Shown: positions 26,823-38,030 of the stretch, in pieces
How the letters are laid out: each line of letters starts with the position of its first letter
Position numbering within the stretch: the first letter of the stretch is position 1
DNA from: Octopus vulgaris
Taxonomy: Eukaryota
Assembly (NCBI GenBank): GCA_951406725.2
Contig: OX597818.1
Span: forward strand, 95,046,001 to 95,110,000
Reading direction: 5' to 3'
DNA length: 64,000 nt
Position numbers and translations under genes: made by a program
The notes under the pieces: model-generated
Told to the model about the DNA's origin: nothing
What the model saw: the letters and a program-made list of their open reading frames with translations, nothing else
Databases searched by the model: none

Positions 26823-27609
26823 TTTGACTATCTTTCTGTAATCTCTCTTCCAGTTAATGTATGCATCTGTCTAGCTGTAGTTATTTTTGTTTCTGTAAGT
26901 TTGTCAGTATGACTGTACTTTTTATCAGTGTGCTTAAAAAAGTAGTTTACCCATGACATCAGCTCTTCCTACAGGGGTACGTGGGTGAGTTTCATCCAGG
27001 TTAATATTCAGTTTGAATTTGTGTCGGTTGTTGTTTAGCCCCTAGACAACCTTGATCTTGATCCAAGCAGACTTATGATTCAAAGCTACTCCAGCCATTA
27101 CCAGTCTCTCATTTTCTTTTTGGTGGGTATCACATTATCCAACGTGTTTTTTTTTTAAATAGTTGGAGGTGACTTGAGAGAAATTTGGCTGCTATTTCTA
27201 GCATCAAGTGATCATTTAGGAGCTCTCTAACTGAATCAGACTATTCTGTGAGTGAGCGAGTGTGTGTGTGTTGGTAGAATCAATGTCTTAAGTTCAAATC
27301 CTTTAGGTTAACTTTACCTTTCATCTTTCCTGAGTCGGTAAATTAATAGTGTAGTCTTGGGCTCAAATAGTAACAACTTAGCTCCCTACTCTACCTATCC
27401 TTTTTCTTTGTATTATCCTAAATGTTTTCAGCCTTTGTGATCAGTAAAGTATTATTGTTAAGGCAATGAGCTGGCATGGAATATGAAGGTTTTGGACGAG
27501 AGTCCCTTAGTCTGAGGATAGGTGGTATTGGTGGAAAACTGCAAGTTCATTTCTTGCTTTTCTTTTCGTGATTTTTGACATATAATGTGTGTGTGTGTGT
27601 GTGCGTGTG

Positions 27610-27644
<35 letters not shown>

Positions 27645-27647
<3 letters not shown>

Positions 27648-28020
27648 CAGGAAGACATGGGTTGAGGTGGTGAAGCATGACCTTCAAATGTTGAGACTCA
27701 CAGAGACAATGACAAGCAACCAAGACCTTTTGAGATATGCCGTGCTTGAGAAGACCTGGCTAGCCAAGTGAGATTGTAGCCATGGCCAATGCCCGTGTTG
27801 CATAACTGGCTCATTTGAAAGTACTCTTCAATCGGCAGGCAATATGCTCTGCTTGAGAAGACCTGTTGAGTCAAGTGAAAGCATATACATGGCCGATGCT
27901 AGTGCCGCCTGACTGGCTCCCATGCCGGTAGCATGTAAAAAGCACCCACTACACTCTTGGATTGGTTGACGTTAGGAAGGGTATCCAGCTGTAGAAACCT
28001 TGCTAGATCAGAGTGGTGCC
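27645..28020 (+). mobile_element. RTE LINE ORF end plus 3' UTR fragment
   Basis: PRKTWVEVVKHDLQMLRLTETMTSNQDLLRYAVLEKT followed by the same UTR as 30600-30980. Confidence 0.7.
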
Positions 28021-28283
28021 TGATGCTGCATCCTGGCCAAATTGTTACAGAGATGGACAAAAAAATGTCTTGAGATATTTGTGGCTGTGTGGCAAGAAGC
28101 TTGCTTCCCAACCACCTGGTTCCAGTCTCATTGTGTGGGCAAGTGTCTTCTACTATAGCCTTGGCCGACCAAAGATTTGTGAGTGGGTTTGGTTTATGGA
28201 AACTGAAAGAATCCCATCATATGTGTGTACGTGTGTGTTTGTGTCTTTGTCCCCCACCATTGCTTAACAACCAGTGTTGGTGT

Positions 28284-28679
28284 TAGAGTTCTATATTTAA
28301 GAGATGAGGAATTATGTACATTATTTACATTCATTCGACAGATATTTATCCTCATCTTGCTTGTTGTCGAATGTAAATAATGTACATAATTCCTCATCTC
28401 TTAAATACAGAACTGTATTATCTGATCAGTACAGAGCCGGCATTAGACTTCAATGAAGACAAATAGAGAAACTCCATCAAAAACTAGCTCATCTTTCAAA
28501 CCATCTTTCTTATGTAGATGTAGATACCTTAGGAATTAGAACCCAGGTTTGAAATTTCCCCAAGACACCTGAAGAAGGCTGGAGGGTATATCAGCTGAAA
28601 CATGTTAACAGGGTATATCAGCTGAAACATGTTAACAACAAACAAGAAAAGGACAAATATCCGTCGATGTAAATAATGT
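28284..28679 (+). mobile_element. Penelope-type pLTR element with inverted terminal copy and hammerhead motif, nested in a SINE
   Basis: Palindrome 28287-28414; acac-CUGAAGA-A-GGCUG...CAGCU-GAAA at 28565-28600; 27-bp tandem duplication; TSD AGTGTTGGTGT (28273-28283) / AGTGTTAGTGT (28680-28690). Confidence 0.65.
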
Positions 28680-29633
28680 AGTGTTAGTGTGTTTATGCCC
28701 CCATAACTTAGTGGTTTGGCAAAGAGATCAATAGAAAAAGTACCAAGCTTAAAAAATAAAGTATTGGGTTGATTTCAATTGACTAAAAGTTCTTTAAGGC
28801 AATGGCCCCAGCATGGCCACAGTCTAATGACTGAAACAAGTAAAAAGTAAAAGTAAATGATACACACATACACACACTCCGAGATAGAGAGATAAGCATA
28901 GTTTTGTGATTAAGAACTTTGCTTCACAACCACATGATTTCAGGCTCAGCTCCACTGTGTAGTATCTTGGGTACGTGTCTTCTGCTGTAGCCTCAGGACA
29001 ACCAAAGCCTTGTGAATGAATCTGGTAGAATGAAACTGAAAGTAACCCATTGCATATCTGTATATGTATGTGTATGTGTGTCTCCTTGACATTGTGTTAT
29101 AGTTGTGTCACCATCATACAAGAAGTGTCGCTCATTTCCACTCTTTTCCCAAAAACATGTCCAACAAACGAGAGTCCTAGACTTGGCAATAGGTGAAGGT
29201 TGGCAACATGAAAGGCTTCCAGCTAAAGAAAATCTGACCTGTGCAAGCATGGATAAGTGGACATTAAAAATGACAATGACGTCATCATTGTAGGAGTAGT
29301 AGTAGTTGTAGTAGTAGTAGTTTGCTAGAGTAAGATTTTTATAACTCTTTGTATTCTCCACACCTCTGAGCTGTGCATTCCAAATACTGCAATAACCTTT
29401 TATCTTTTGTTTTAATCATTAAACTTTGGCCATACTGGGGCACTCTCTTGAATTTTAGTCAAACAAATCAACCCCAGTACTTAATATTTTTTTTTTTTTT
29501 TTTGGTAAAGTCTGGTACTTATTCCATCAATCTCTTTTGCTAAACTGCTAGGTTATGGTGACACTAGCACCAGTTGTCAAATGGTGGTGGAGGACAAACA
29601 CATACACAAAGACACACATGCACATATACATGC

Positions 29634-29676
<43 letters not shown>

Positions 29677-30599
29677 ACAAGCATTTTTATTTTACATCAA
29701 ACCCACTCACAAGACTTTGGTCAGTCCGACCCTATAGTAGAAGAAACTTGCCCCAAGTGCCACACAGTGGGACTGAACCTGAAACCATGTGGTTGGGAAG
29801 CAAACTTCTTACCACACAGTCATGCCTGCCTCTATATAGATATATTAATGTCCCATGACACACTTGTGCCCCCTAATTGTTGGAGGTGATTAAGCTATTG
29901 ATTTTAGCACAGCAAAATGTGTTTGGAAATACTCATTATTAAAGGGCTTGTTTATCCACAAGTCATTTCTGACTTGTGGGCACAGGCGGGATCCACAACA
30001 CCAGCCTCTCAACTCACTATTTAAAAGCCAATTCACTTAATCCTCTATAAACTAAAGAGAGGAAAGAAGGTCAGCAATATGTATAATGTAGTCTTCAAAT
30101 GACAAACTGGTCGTTTATTAAAATTAGGTTATATAATGTGTATGTAGCATCAATAATTTGAGAAGAAAGACTTAAATCCCATGATGAGTTTGGGAAACTT
30201 GTAAAGCTGGTGGAAAATTTTTATTTTCTAGAAGATTTTCATGTCAGTTGTTGTGTATCTTTCTGCCATTCAGTTAATCAGTTTGTGCATCTGTATGTCT
30301 ATTATTTTCCCTTCACTATTATTTCTAATTCCGTTTTTTCTGTGAAAAACATGGTTGACTTGGTGACACGTGTACATGAGTGGAGATCTGATAACATGTA
30401 TTCAATATTGTGTGTGTATACAAAAATACATGTGTGTGTATACATAAATACATGTGTGTGTATACATAAATATATATATATATATATTGTATGTGTGTGT
30501 GTGTATGTATTATATGAATATATATATTGTGTTTGTAAGTATGTATATATATATATATCTTGTGTTTGTATATGTGTGTATATATATATGTATGTATAT

Positions 30600-32912
30600 C
30601 ATCATCATCGTTTAGCGTCTGCTTTCCATGCTAGCATGGGTTGGACGGTTCAACTGGGGTCTGGGAAGCCAGAAGGCTGCACCAGGCCCAGTTTGATCTG
30701 GCAATGTTTCTACGGCTGGATGCCCTTCCTAATGCAAATCACTCCATGAGTGTAGTGGGTGCTTTTTACGTGCCACCGGCACAGGTGCCAGACGAGTCTG
30801 GCAAACGGCCACGATCGGATGGTGCTTTTTATGTGCCACTGGCACGGGGGCCAGACGAGTCTGGCAAACGGCCACGATCGGATGGTGCTTTTTATGTGCC
30901 ACTGGCACGGGGGCCAGGCGAGGCTGGCAACGGCCACAAACGGATGGTGCTCTTTACGTGCCACCGGCACGGGGGCCAGGAAAATGACAGAAGTTGGTCT
31001 CAGAGCATTTTCAGTGTTTATTGTTCCTGAGCATCTGCCACATACAAAAACCATCTTCCTAGTTAGCCTTCCTTTGACATTGCTACACCTCTTATGTGTC
31101 CATAGCTTACACTTGGTGCATCTTATAGAGTTTCTACCTACACCTTTTCTACAGATCGAGCAGGGCCATCTACCTGAAGGCGTTTGTGATTTGTCTACCT
31201 TCCTACTTATTAGGACTTTAGCTAGATTGACTCTAAGGCCCTTCGATTCTAATCCTTGCTTCCACACCTGAAACTTTTCCTCCAGTTCTGATAGTGACTC
31301 AGCAATTAGAGCAAGGGCATCCTGTCTTGAATTCCTCCGTTATTGCCTGGAGGACTATGATAAATAGGCGGGGACTGAGGACTGAACCTTGGTGGACCCC
31401 AACCTCTACTCGGAATTCTTCACTGTACTCGTTGCCAACCCTCACCTTTCTAGCAGCGTCCCTGTACATGGCTCGCACAGCTCTCACTAACCATTCATCT
31501 ATCCCTAGTTTCCTCATTGACCACCAGATAAGGGATCGGGGGACCCTGTCGAAGGCTTTCTCCATGTCAACAAAAGCCAGGTACAGGGGCTTATCTTTGG
31601 CTAGGTATTTCTCCTGCAGCTGCCTTACCAGGAATATAGCATCAGTGGTACTTTTCCCTGGCACGAACCCAAACTGCATCTCATCTAAACTAACTCTCTC
31701 TCTAATTAGTTGAGCTATGACCCTCTCCGTAACCTTCATCACCTGATCCAACAGCTTGATACCTCTGTAATTATTTGTATCTAGGGTGTCACCTTTACCT
31801 TTGTAGCAGTTGACTATTATGCTGCTACACCAGTCATTGGGTATGACTCCTTCGTGTATCACCTGATTAACTATACAGGTGACTAGGCTATAGCCGACAC
31901 TACCAGATATTTTGAGCATCTCTGCAGTGATTCCTGATAGGCCTGGGGCTTTCCCTGTCTTCATGTTTCTAATTGCCTTAACTACCAAGGAACTGTCAAC
32001 TCGGATAGCTGGTCCCTCTGTTGGGTCAACATTCGGCAGACTCTCTTTATCCCATTCATTTTCTTTATTCAGCAACCTTTCATAGTGGCCTCTCCAAACC
32101 TCTCTCTTTGCATCCTCATTTAGCGCAAGTGAACCATCTTCCATGCGAACACACTTCTCTCCTACCACATCACAATTCTCTCTCACACACTGTCTTGCAA
32201 CGCGAAACACCTCCAGTCTTTGGTCTTCACGGTGCAGAACATTGGCAAAATTTTTCTTATCTGCTTCCCCTCTGGCTAGATAGACCTGTCTCCTAGCTTC
32301 CCTAGCCCTGTCTACAACACTGTTCCACCACCACGTTACCTTGGGACGAGAGGGGACTTTGCACCAGCCACAGATCTGGTCAGTGGCTCTCAGCAGGTTG
32401 TCCCTTAGAAACGTCCAGTTGCCTTCTACCCCATGTGATACTCTATCCCCTTCTACTTCATCAAAGGCTTCAAGTAGCATGTCCCTAAATCTCTGTCCAT
32501 TCGCAGGATCTTTAAGCTTCCAGATCCTTCTTCTCCATGTTGGTTGTCCTCCTAGTCCTGATCCTAAAGTCACTAACTACCAGTGTATGTTGTGGGGTAC
32601 ATTCTTCGCCTGGGAAGGTTTTGGCATTTATAAGCAGCCATCTCTCCCTTTGCCTGGCAAGGATGTAGTCAATTTGGCTGGTATGTTGGCCCGATTGATA
32701 GGTGACTAGGTGGCTGGAAGGTTTCCTGAAGTTTGTGTTGCAAATCATAAGATTATTTGCATCGCAGAACTCCAGCAGCCTGGTTCCCTCCTCGTTGCGG
32801 GAACCATAGCCATAGCCTCCATGTACGCCATGGAAGCCCCCAGCATGTCGTCCAACATGACCATTGAAGTCAGCAGCCACAAAGAGGTCTCTGTCGTTCG
32901 TCAACGAGGTAG
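30600..32912 (-). mobile_element. Internally deleted RTE-clade LINE (APE endonuclease end, RT, PHD-like finger, 3' UTR, (GAT)n tail)
   Basis: ORFs 32512-32904 (ADFNGHVG...SQIDYIL), 31299-32573 (NYRGIKLL, QFGF, FVDMEKAFDRV, GVHQGSVLSP) and 30710-31267 (Cys-rich finger). Confidence 0.95.
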
Positions 32913-32946
32913 TCTATGTATACATATTGTATGTGTGTGTGAGTAT

Positions 32947-33230
32947 CTTAATATATAAAACTGAGAATCTCTGTCTGTCTGTAAATCCCTAAAACTCGGG
33001 AACTACACAACTCATTTCATTCAAATTTTACACATGCCTTACTTAGGGTACATGCAGTGTCATGGGCCAAAAAAATTTTCATCTTCTTGCCTAATGTGAG
33101 CCTGGAGCAATCTCTTATCCTTTACACTATTTCACATGTTAAAAGTGAAACAAAATCTCTACTGTAATGTGAGATACTTTCGGTTTAATACTATTAATAC
33201 TGAAACTATTAAAGTGAAACTATTATCTCA
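32947..33230 (+). mobile_element. Helitron-like 5' fragment
   Basis: A|TCTTAATATATAAAACTGAGAATCTCTGTCTGTCTG start, resembling Lep1-type non-autonomous Helitrons. Confidence 0.45.
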
Positions 33231-33350
33231 CATATACATGCATACGTACATATATTATGTATATATATCACATATGTATGTATGTGTATATGTATATATG
33301 TATATATATATGTATATATGTATATATATATGTATATACATATATATGTA

Positions 33351-33384
<34 letters not shown>

Positions 33385-33394
33385 TATATGTATG

Positions 33395-33429
<35 letters not shown>

Positions 33430-33549
33430 ATGTGTGCTTGTCTATGTATATATGTATATGTGTGCTTGTCTATGTATACATGTATATATATGTCTATGTA
33501 TAAATATATATGTGCATGTATTTTTGTGTATATATATGTGTACATATAC

Positions 33550-34530
33550 AGAGGCAAAAATTGAGTACATAATCATTGAAGAAGAAGATGTATTGCTGGC
33601 CATAGATGAGGTTGACACAAACTCAGCTGCTGGCCCTGATGGAATTCCAGTGGTCCATCTCAAATCATGCAAGAGAGCCCTTGCAAAATCACTGCAGCTT
33701 CTCTTTCATAGCTTCCTTGGAAGTGATAAGCTCCCAGACAAACTGAAGGAAGGGATAATATGTCCTATCCATAAGGGAGGAAGCAGGGCAAATGCTAAAA
33801 ATTATAGGCCTATCTCTTTCACTTACACATCAGCAAAGTCATGGAACGAATAGCCTGCAAGAAACTAATCACGTTCCTTGAAGAAAATGACTTGCTAACT
33901 GACACCCAGCATGGATTTTGGTCAGGTAGAAGGTGTCTAACACAGCTCCTGCAACACTACGACTGGGTGTTAAAACAGCTGCTGAATGATTCAAATGTGG
34001 ATGTGATATATCTCGACTTTGCAAAAGCCTTTGACAAAGTTGACCATGGTATCATATGTCACATACTGTGTGATCTTGGCATAGGCAGAAAACCTGGAGA
34101 GTGGCTGCACAACTTTCTAAAAGATAGACGTCAGGCAGTGGTGGCCAATGGAGTCACCTCCAAGGAAACAAATAGCAAGTGGTGTCCTACAGGGCACTGT
34201 CATAGGGCCACTGCTATTCATAGCAGCCCTGTCAGACATGTCCTCAGCTGCTCAGATAGCCACCCTTGCTAGCTATGCAGATGATACAAATGCTTCTCAG
34301 ACAATAGAAAATCCTGGAAATATTGCACATCTGCAATGGGAGTTGGATGCAATATACAGGTGGGCTGAGACAACAACATGCAGTTTAATGGAGGAAAATT
34401 CCAGGCCCTAACGACATGCAGACAGGATACACTGGTCCAGCAGGAATTGAAATCCCTGAATCAAAATCAGTACATGACCTGGGTATTGACATGAGCAACG
34501 ATGCATCTTTTCAAGTGCATATTACCAACT
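33550..34530 (+). mobile_element. CR1/Jockey-group LINE reverse transcriptase remnant
   Basis: AAGPDGIP, PIHKGG...NYRPIS, QHGF, IYLDFAKAFDKVDH, SGVLQGTVIGPLLF and YADDT motifs across frameshifts. Confidence 0.9.
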
Positions 34531-34879
34531 CACTGTGTGTGAGTTGATAATAGAGTAATACCTAGAATTCTTTAGAAAATTCCTAATAATAGCTTCACGA
34601 AACAGCAAAGGCAGATTAGATTTAATTTGTCCCCCATAAAGAATAATTAACCGAATGGTTTTACTATTAGTTACCTTATTTTTAGTGTAACTATCTTTGA
34701 AAGACATAGATTTACATTTAGAAAGAAAATAGGGGATTAATTAAGGGTTATCTCCCTTCCTCTGTTTGGTGTTGGTGTATAAATTAAAATTGATATCGTT
34801 TATATCCTTACAGCTAAATTTCATATCTCCATTAGTAAAGGTAGAATAAGATTGAATGGTATTAGTGTAGGTAACTTTA

Positions 34880-34924
<45 letters not shown>

Positions 34925-34936
34925 CTATGTATATAT

Positions 34937-35580
34937 ATCAGAAATACTAAATTTCTAAATTTCTCGTAGAGACATGTACGGTGGTGGGGCGGTAGAATGG
35001 TTGTATACTGTCAATCTAACACGAATGTGACAGTAGGGGGTACACCACCGCTGTTTAGCCCTAGGAAGCATCGTCGCCTCCTGATGGCTTTGACACATTT
35101 TTCCTGTGTCCTTATATACATTTACAAAGGGGAGACAAACACCCCCAGCCGCCCGGTGCTGCATCTAGGGACACATGTTTCAGGATGATTGTCCTTCGTC
35201 GGCCTAGAGTAGCAGACACCAGTCAGCTGACGATATTTGTATATATTTAAATGTATATATTTAAATTTCTAAATCTCTCGTAGACGGCTGGGGGTGTTTG
35301 TCTCCCCTTCGTAAATGTATATAAGGACACAGGAAAAATGTGTCAAAGCCATCAGGAGGCGTCGATGCTTCCTAGGGCTTAACAGCGGTAGTGTACCCCC
35401 TACTGTCATGTTCATGTTAGATTGACAGTATACAACCATTCTACCACCCCACCACCGTACATGTCTCTACGAGAGATTTAGAAATTTAATATTTCTGATT
35501 TTGATAATCAGGGAATAGACTTCACTGAAATTTAGATATATACATTGCGAGTCGAGACAAATATCGTCAGCTGACCGGTT
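34937..35580. mobile_element. Inverted-duplication element (215-bp arms) with central hammerhead; Penelope pLTR-like
   Basis: Arms 34937-35151 and 35285-35499 are reverse complements. 34949-34970 repeats directly at 35263-35284; 35218-35240 recurs inverted near 35557-35579. Confidence 0.75.
35165..35207 (-). ncRNA. Minimal type I hammerhead ribozyme motif
   Basis: Minus strand: cuagg-CCGACGA-AGGA-caauca-UCCU-GAAA-CAUGUG-UC-ccuag. Perfect stems I and II, GUC triplet, U4C core variant. Confidence 0.6.
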
Positions 35581-36929
35581 TTTTTGTTTGTGTTGGAAAT
35601 TTTGATTACGTTATTGTTGTATCGTGGTTGTGAGATCGAATTCGTTGGTGGAAGCGGTTGCGGCGTGGGAAATTTTTTGGAGGCTTTTCTCAAAAATGCA
35701 AACCCAAACGTATGTGGGAGCAGCAGGCAATGGCCTGGCTGCAAGTGTCAGAGGGAACAGGTGTTAAAGATGGGTGTACAGGTGGATGTAGTGTGTGATG
35801 AACAATGGTGGAAGTGTGGTTGATGAAAAATACCACTATGGAAGGGTGGAACATACACACACGAGGAGCATGCTTCAGCATTCACTCACAAGGTTTTGTT
35901 AGTCCAAGGGCAGAAGTAGAAGACACTCACCCAAAGTGCCACACAATGAGACTGAACCTGAGACCATATAGTTGGGAAGCAAGCTTTTTTAACCAGAAAG
36001 TCATGCCTGTGCCTATACAGGCACTTTTACACCCATTTTCCTAAGCTAGCATAGGTAGGATGAATATGTAAAGGCCTTCTTTTACAGCTGGATACCTTTC
36101 CAATTGTTAATTCTTATCTGTCTTGCAAATAAACAGATTTCTTTTATTCCACTCATCTTAGAAAGTACAGAGCTACAGGATGATTTCTTTTGCTGAACAT
36201 TTTCATGTGAGGACAAGGAATGTAAACATTTACAGCATATGCACAAACATACAATACTATTCAACAGGCTTGCATAAGCTTCCAGCTACTACTTTCACTC
36301 ATAAGGCATCATTGGACTAAGGTCACAGTTCAAAACATGCGGTTGAGAAGTGAACTTTATAATGATACAGCTATGTCTACACACACGCAGACACACATAG
36401 ATACAGCTGTGTGCATCTGTGTATTTCTATGTAAATAATTGTAATAATTGTAATTCTATGTAAATAATTGATGGTGGAATTTGAAGTAGATTAAGCTGTA
36501 AATAATAGAGTGTAAATACTAGGTTAAAAAAACCTCTTGGATGAAAAAGTCAAAGTACCCTTGAAATTTCTCAACTCTTATGACACAAACAACGTGTGTG
36601 TGTGTGTGTGTGTGTTAGCGAGAGAGAGAGATAGAGTATATGTATGTGTGGGTGTGAGTGGCAACAAGGTGGCCAGTCACACTACAGAGAAAGGTGTTAG
36701 GTAGACTTAGCTGGAATGTGATAGTTGTCCTTCCATACTTACAATGTATCTCCAACCAATGACATTGTTCATGTCACAGGTATTTCAATCTGTATAAATA
36801 TTTCATTTTGTCTTGTGTAAGTAGGAGAGACAGTGTTTTTAGCATAGTGTTTTAGGCATGTTCTATGTTGTTATAACATTGACCCTGAGATAATTCAGAA
36901 GAATTGTGCATTTGGTAACATGGAGGGTG

Positions 36930-38030
36930 AGAGTTAGAGGTTGCTGCAGCAACAGACTGTCTTTTGGATGTCCAAGTGTTCTTCATTTTGAGTATCTGTG
37001 TTTCATCGTGGATGTGGAAGTGGCAGAAATACAGCTTTAAAAGGTGGTGAGCTGGCAGAAACATTAGCGCGCCGGGCGAAATGCTTAGCAGTATTTCGTC
37101 TGCTGTTACATTCTGAGTTCAAATTCTGCTGAGGTCAACTTTGCCTTTCATCCTTTTGAGGTCAATAAATTAAGTACCAGTTATGCACTGGGGTCAATGT
37201 AATCGACTCAATCCCTTTGTCTGTCCTTATTTGTCCCTTCTGTGTTTAGTCCCTTGTGGGCAATAAAGAAATAAGAAATACAGCTTATAATAATATGCTT
37301 CATTAATAGTTTCATGAACCACTGAACTCTGGAGTAGTTATTGCTTCATTCTAATAAAGGATATTTAAATCCTTAACTTCCAAATTTTTTGATAAATTTG
37401 TATAGAATAGGGAAATTTTCCCTGTTTCCTGAGCTAAATGTGTGAAAACACTGATGATAATGGTCTTTGAAAGTGTTTTCACCAACCACCATGTAATACT
37501 TTTGCATGCTGTCAGGAAGTGTTATGAATACTCACTTTACAGTTCCTTTATAAACACAGAATTGCTTGAATAGAAAGGTTGCTGGATTTCATCAATTGCA
37601 AGTTGATTGTTTGGGAGGAGGGTGAATGTGTATTTTTGATTTTACCCTGTGACTGGGAAACATTGTCACACATACAAGAATAGCTGGCCTTTACATTGTG
37701 TGCATTGAAAAACTTCTTATATTTGTATGTTGGTGGGAAATGTTGTCATACTAGAGCTAAGATATTTTTGGCTATGTTTGTCGTAATGTCCAAGTTTTAA
37801 GGTAGGTTATACCAGATGACTGTCCATGTTCCTTGTTTCCTTTTAGCATGAAGTGCCTGAAATGTTTGCAATGTAAATTAGCTTGTCACTGAAACTACTT
37901 CTAAATAATACATGGTTATAACATAGAGTGTCCCTGTCAAAAAATACCCCTGTTCAAAGTTAGATTCACTTGGCTACCAGGTTTGTAGTTATGGTTGGGG
38001 AGTTATTGGAATTTTTTCTGATGCTTATAT
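36930..38030 (-). mobile_element. Decayed Penelope-like element (RT C-terminus / GIY-YIG)
   Basis: Minus frames: NIAKNILALV*QHFP, KKFFNAHNVKASYSCM, TCN..NPA...CVYKG...YY...ENTFK. Interrupted by a SINE. Confidence 0.65.
37038..37273 (+). mobile_element. SINE with 13-bp TSD inserted in the Penelope remnant
   Basis: AGAAATACAGCTT at 37025-37037 and 37274-37286. Confidence 0.9.

Noticed and set aside
26164-26912. Long LSIY-rich ORFs, and the many YIYI/THTH/CVCV ORFs elsewhere
   Set aside because: They are translations of microsatellites with no coding signal.
30641-31713. + strand ORFs overlapping the RTE element
   Set aside because: Antisense shadows of the LINE ORF and its tandem UTR repeats.
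36780-36816. YFNLYKYFILSC micro-exon as the TMEM72 N-terminus
   Set aside because: Weak acceptor, and its phase-0 end does not fit exon 48067.
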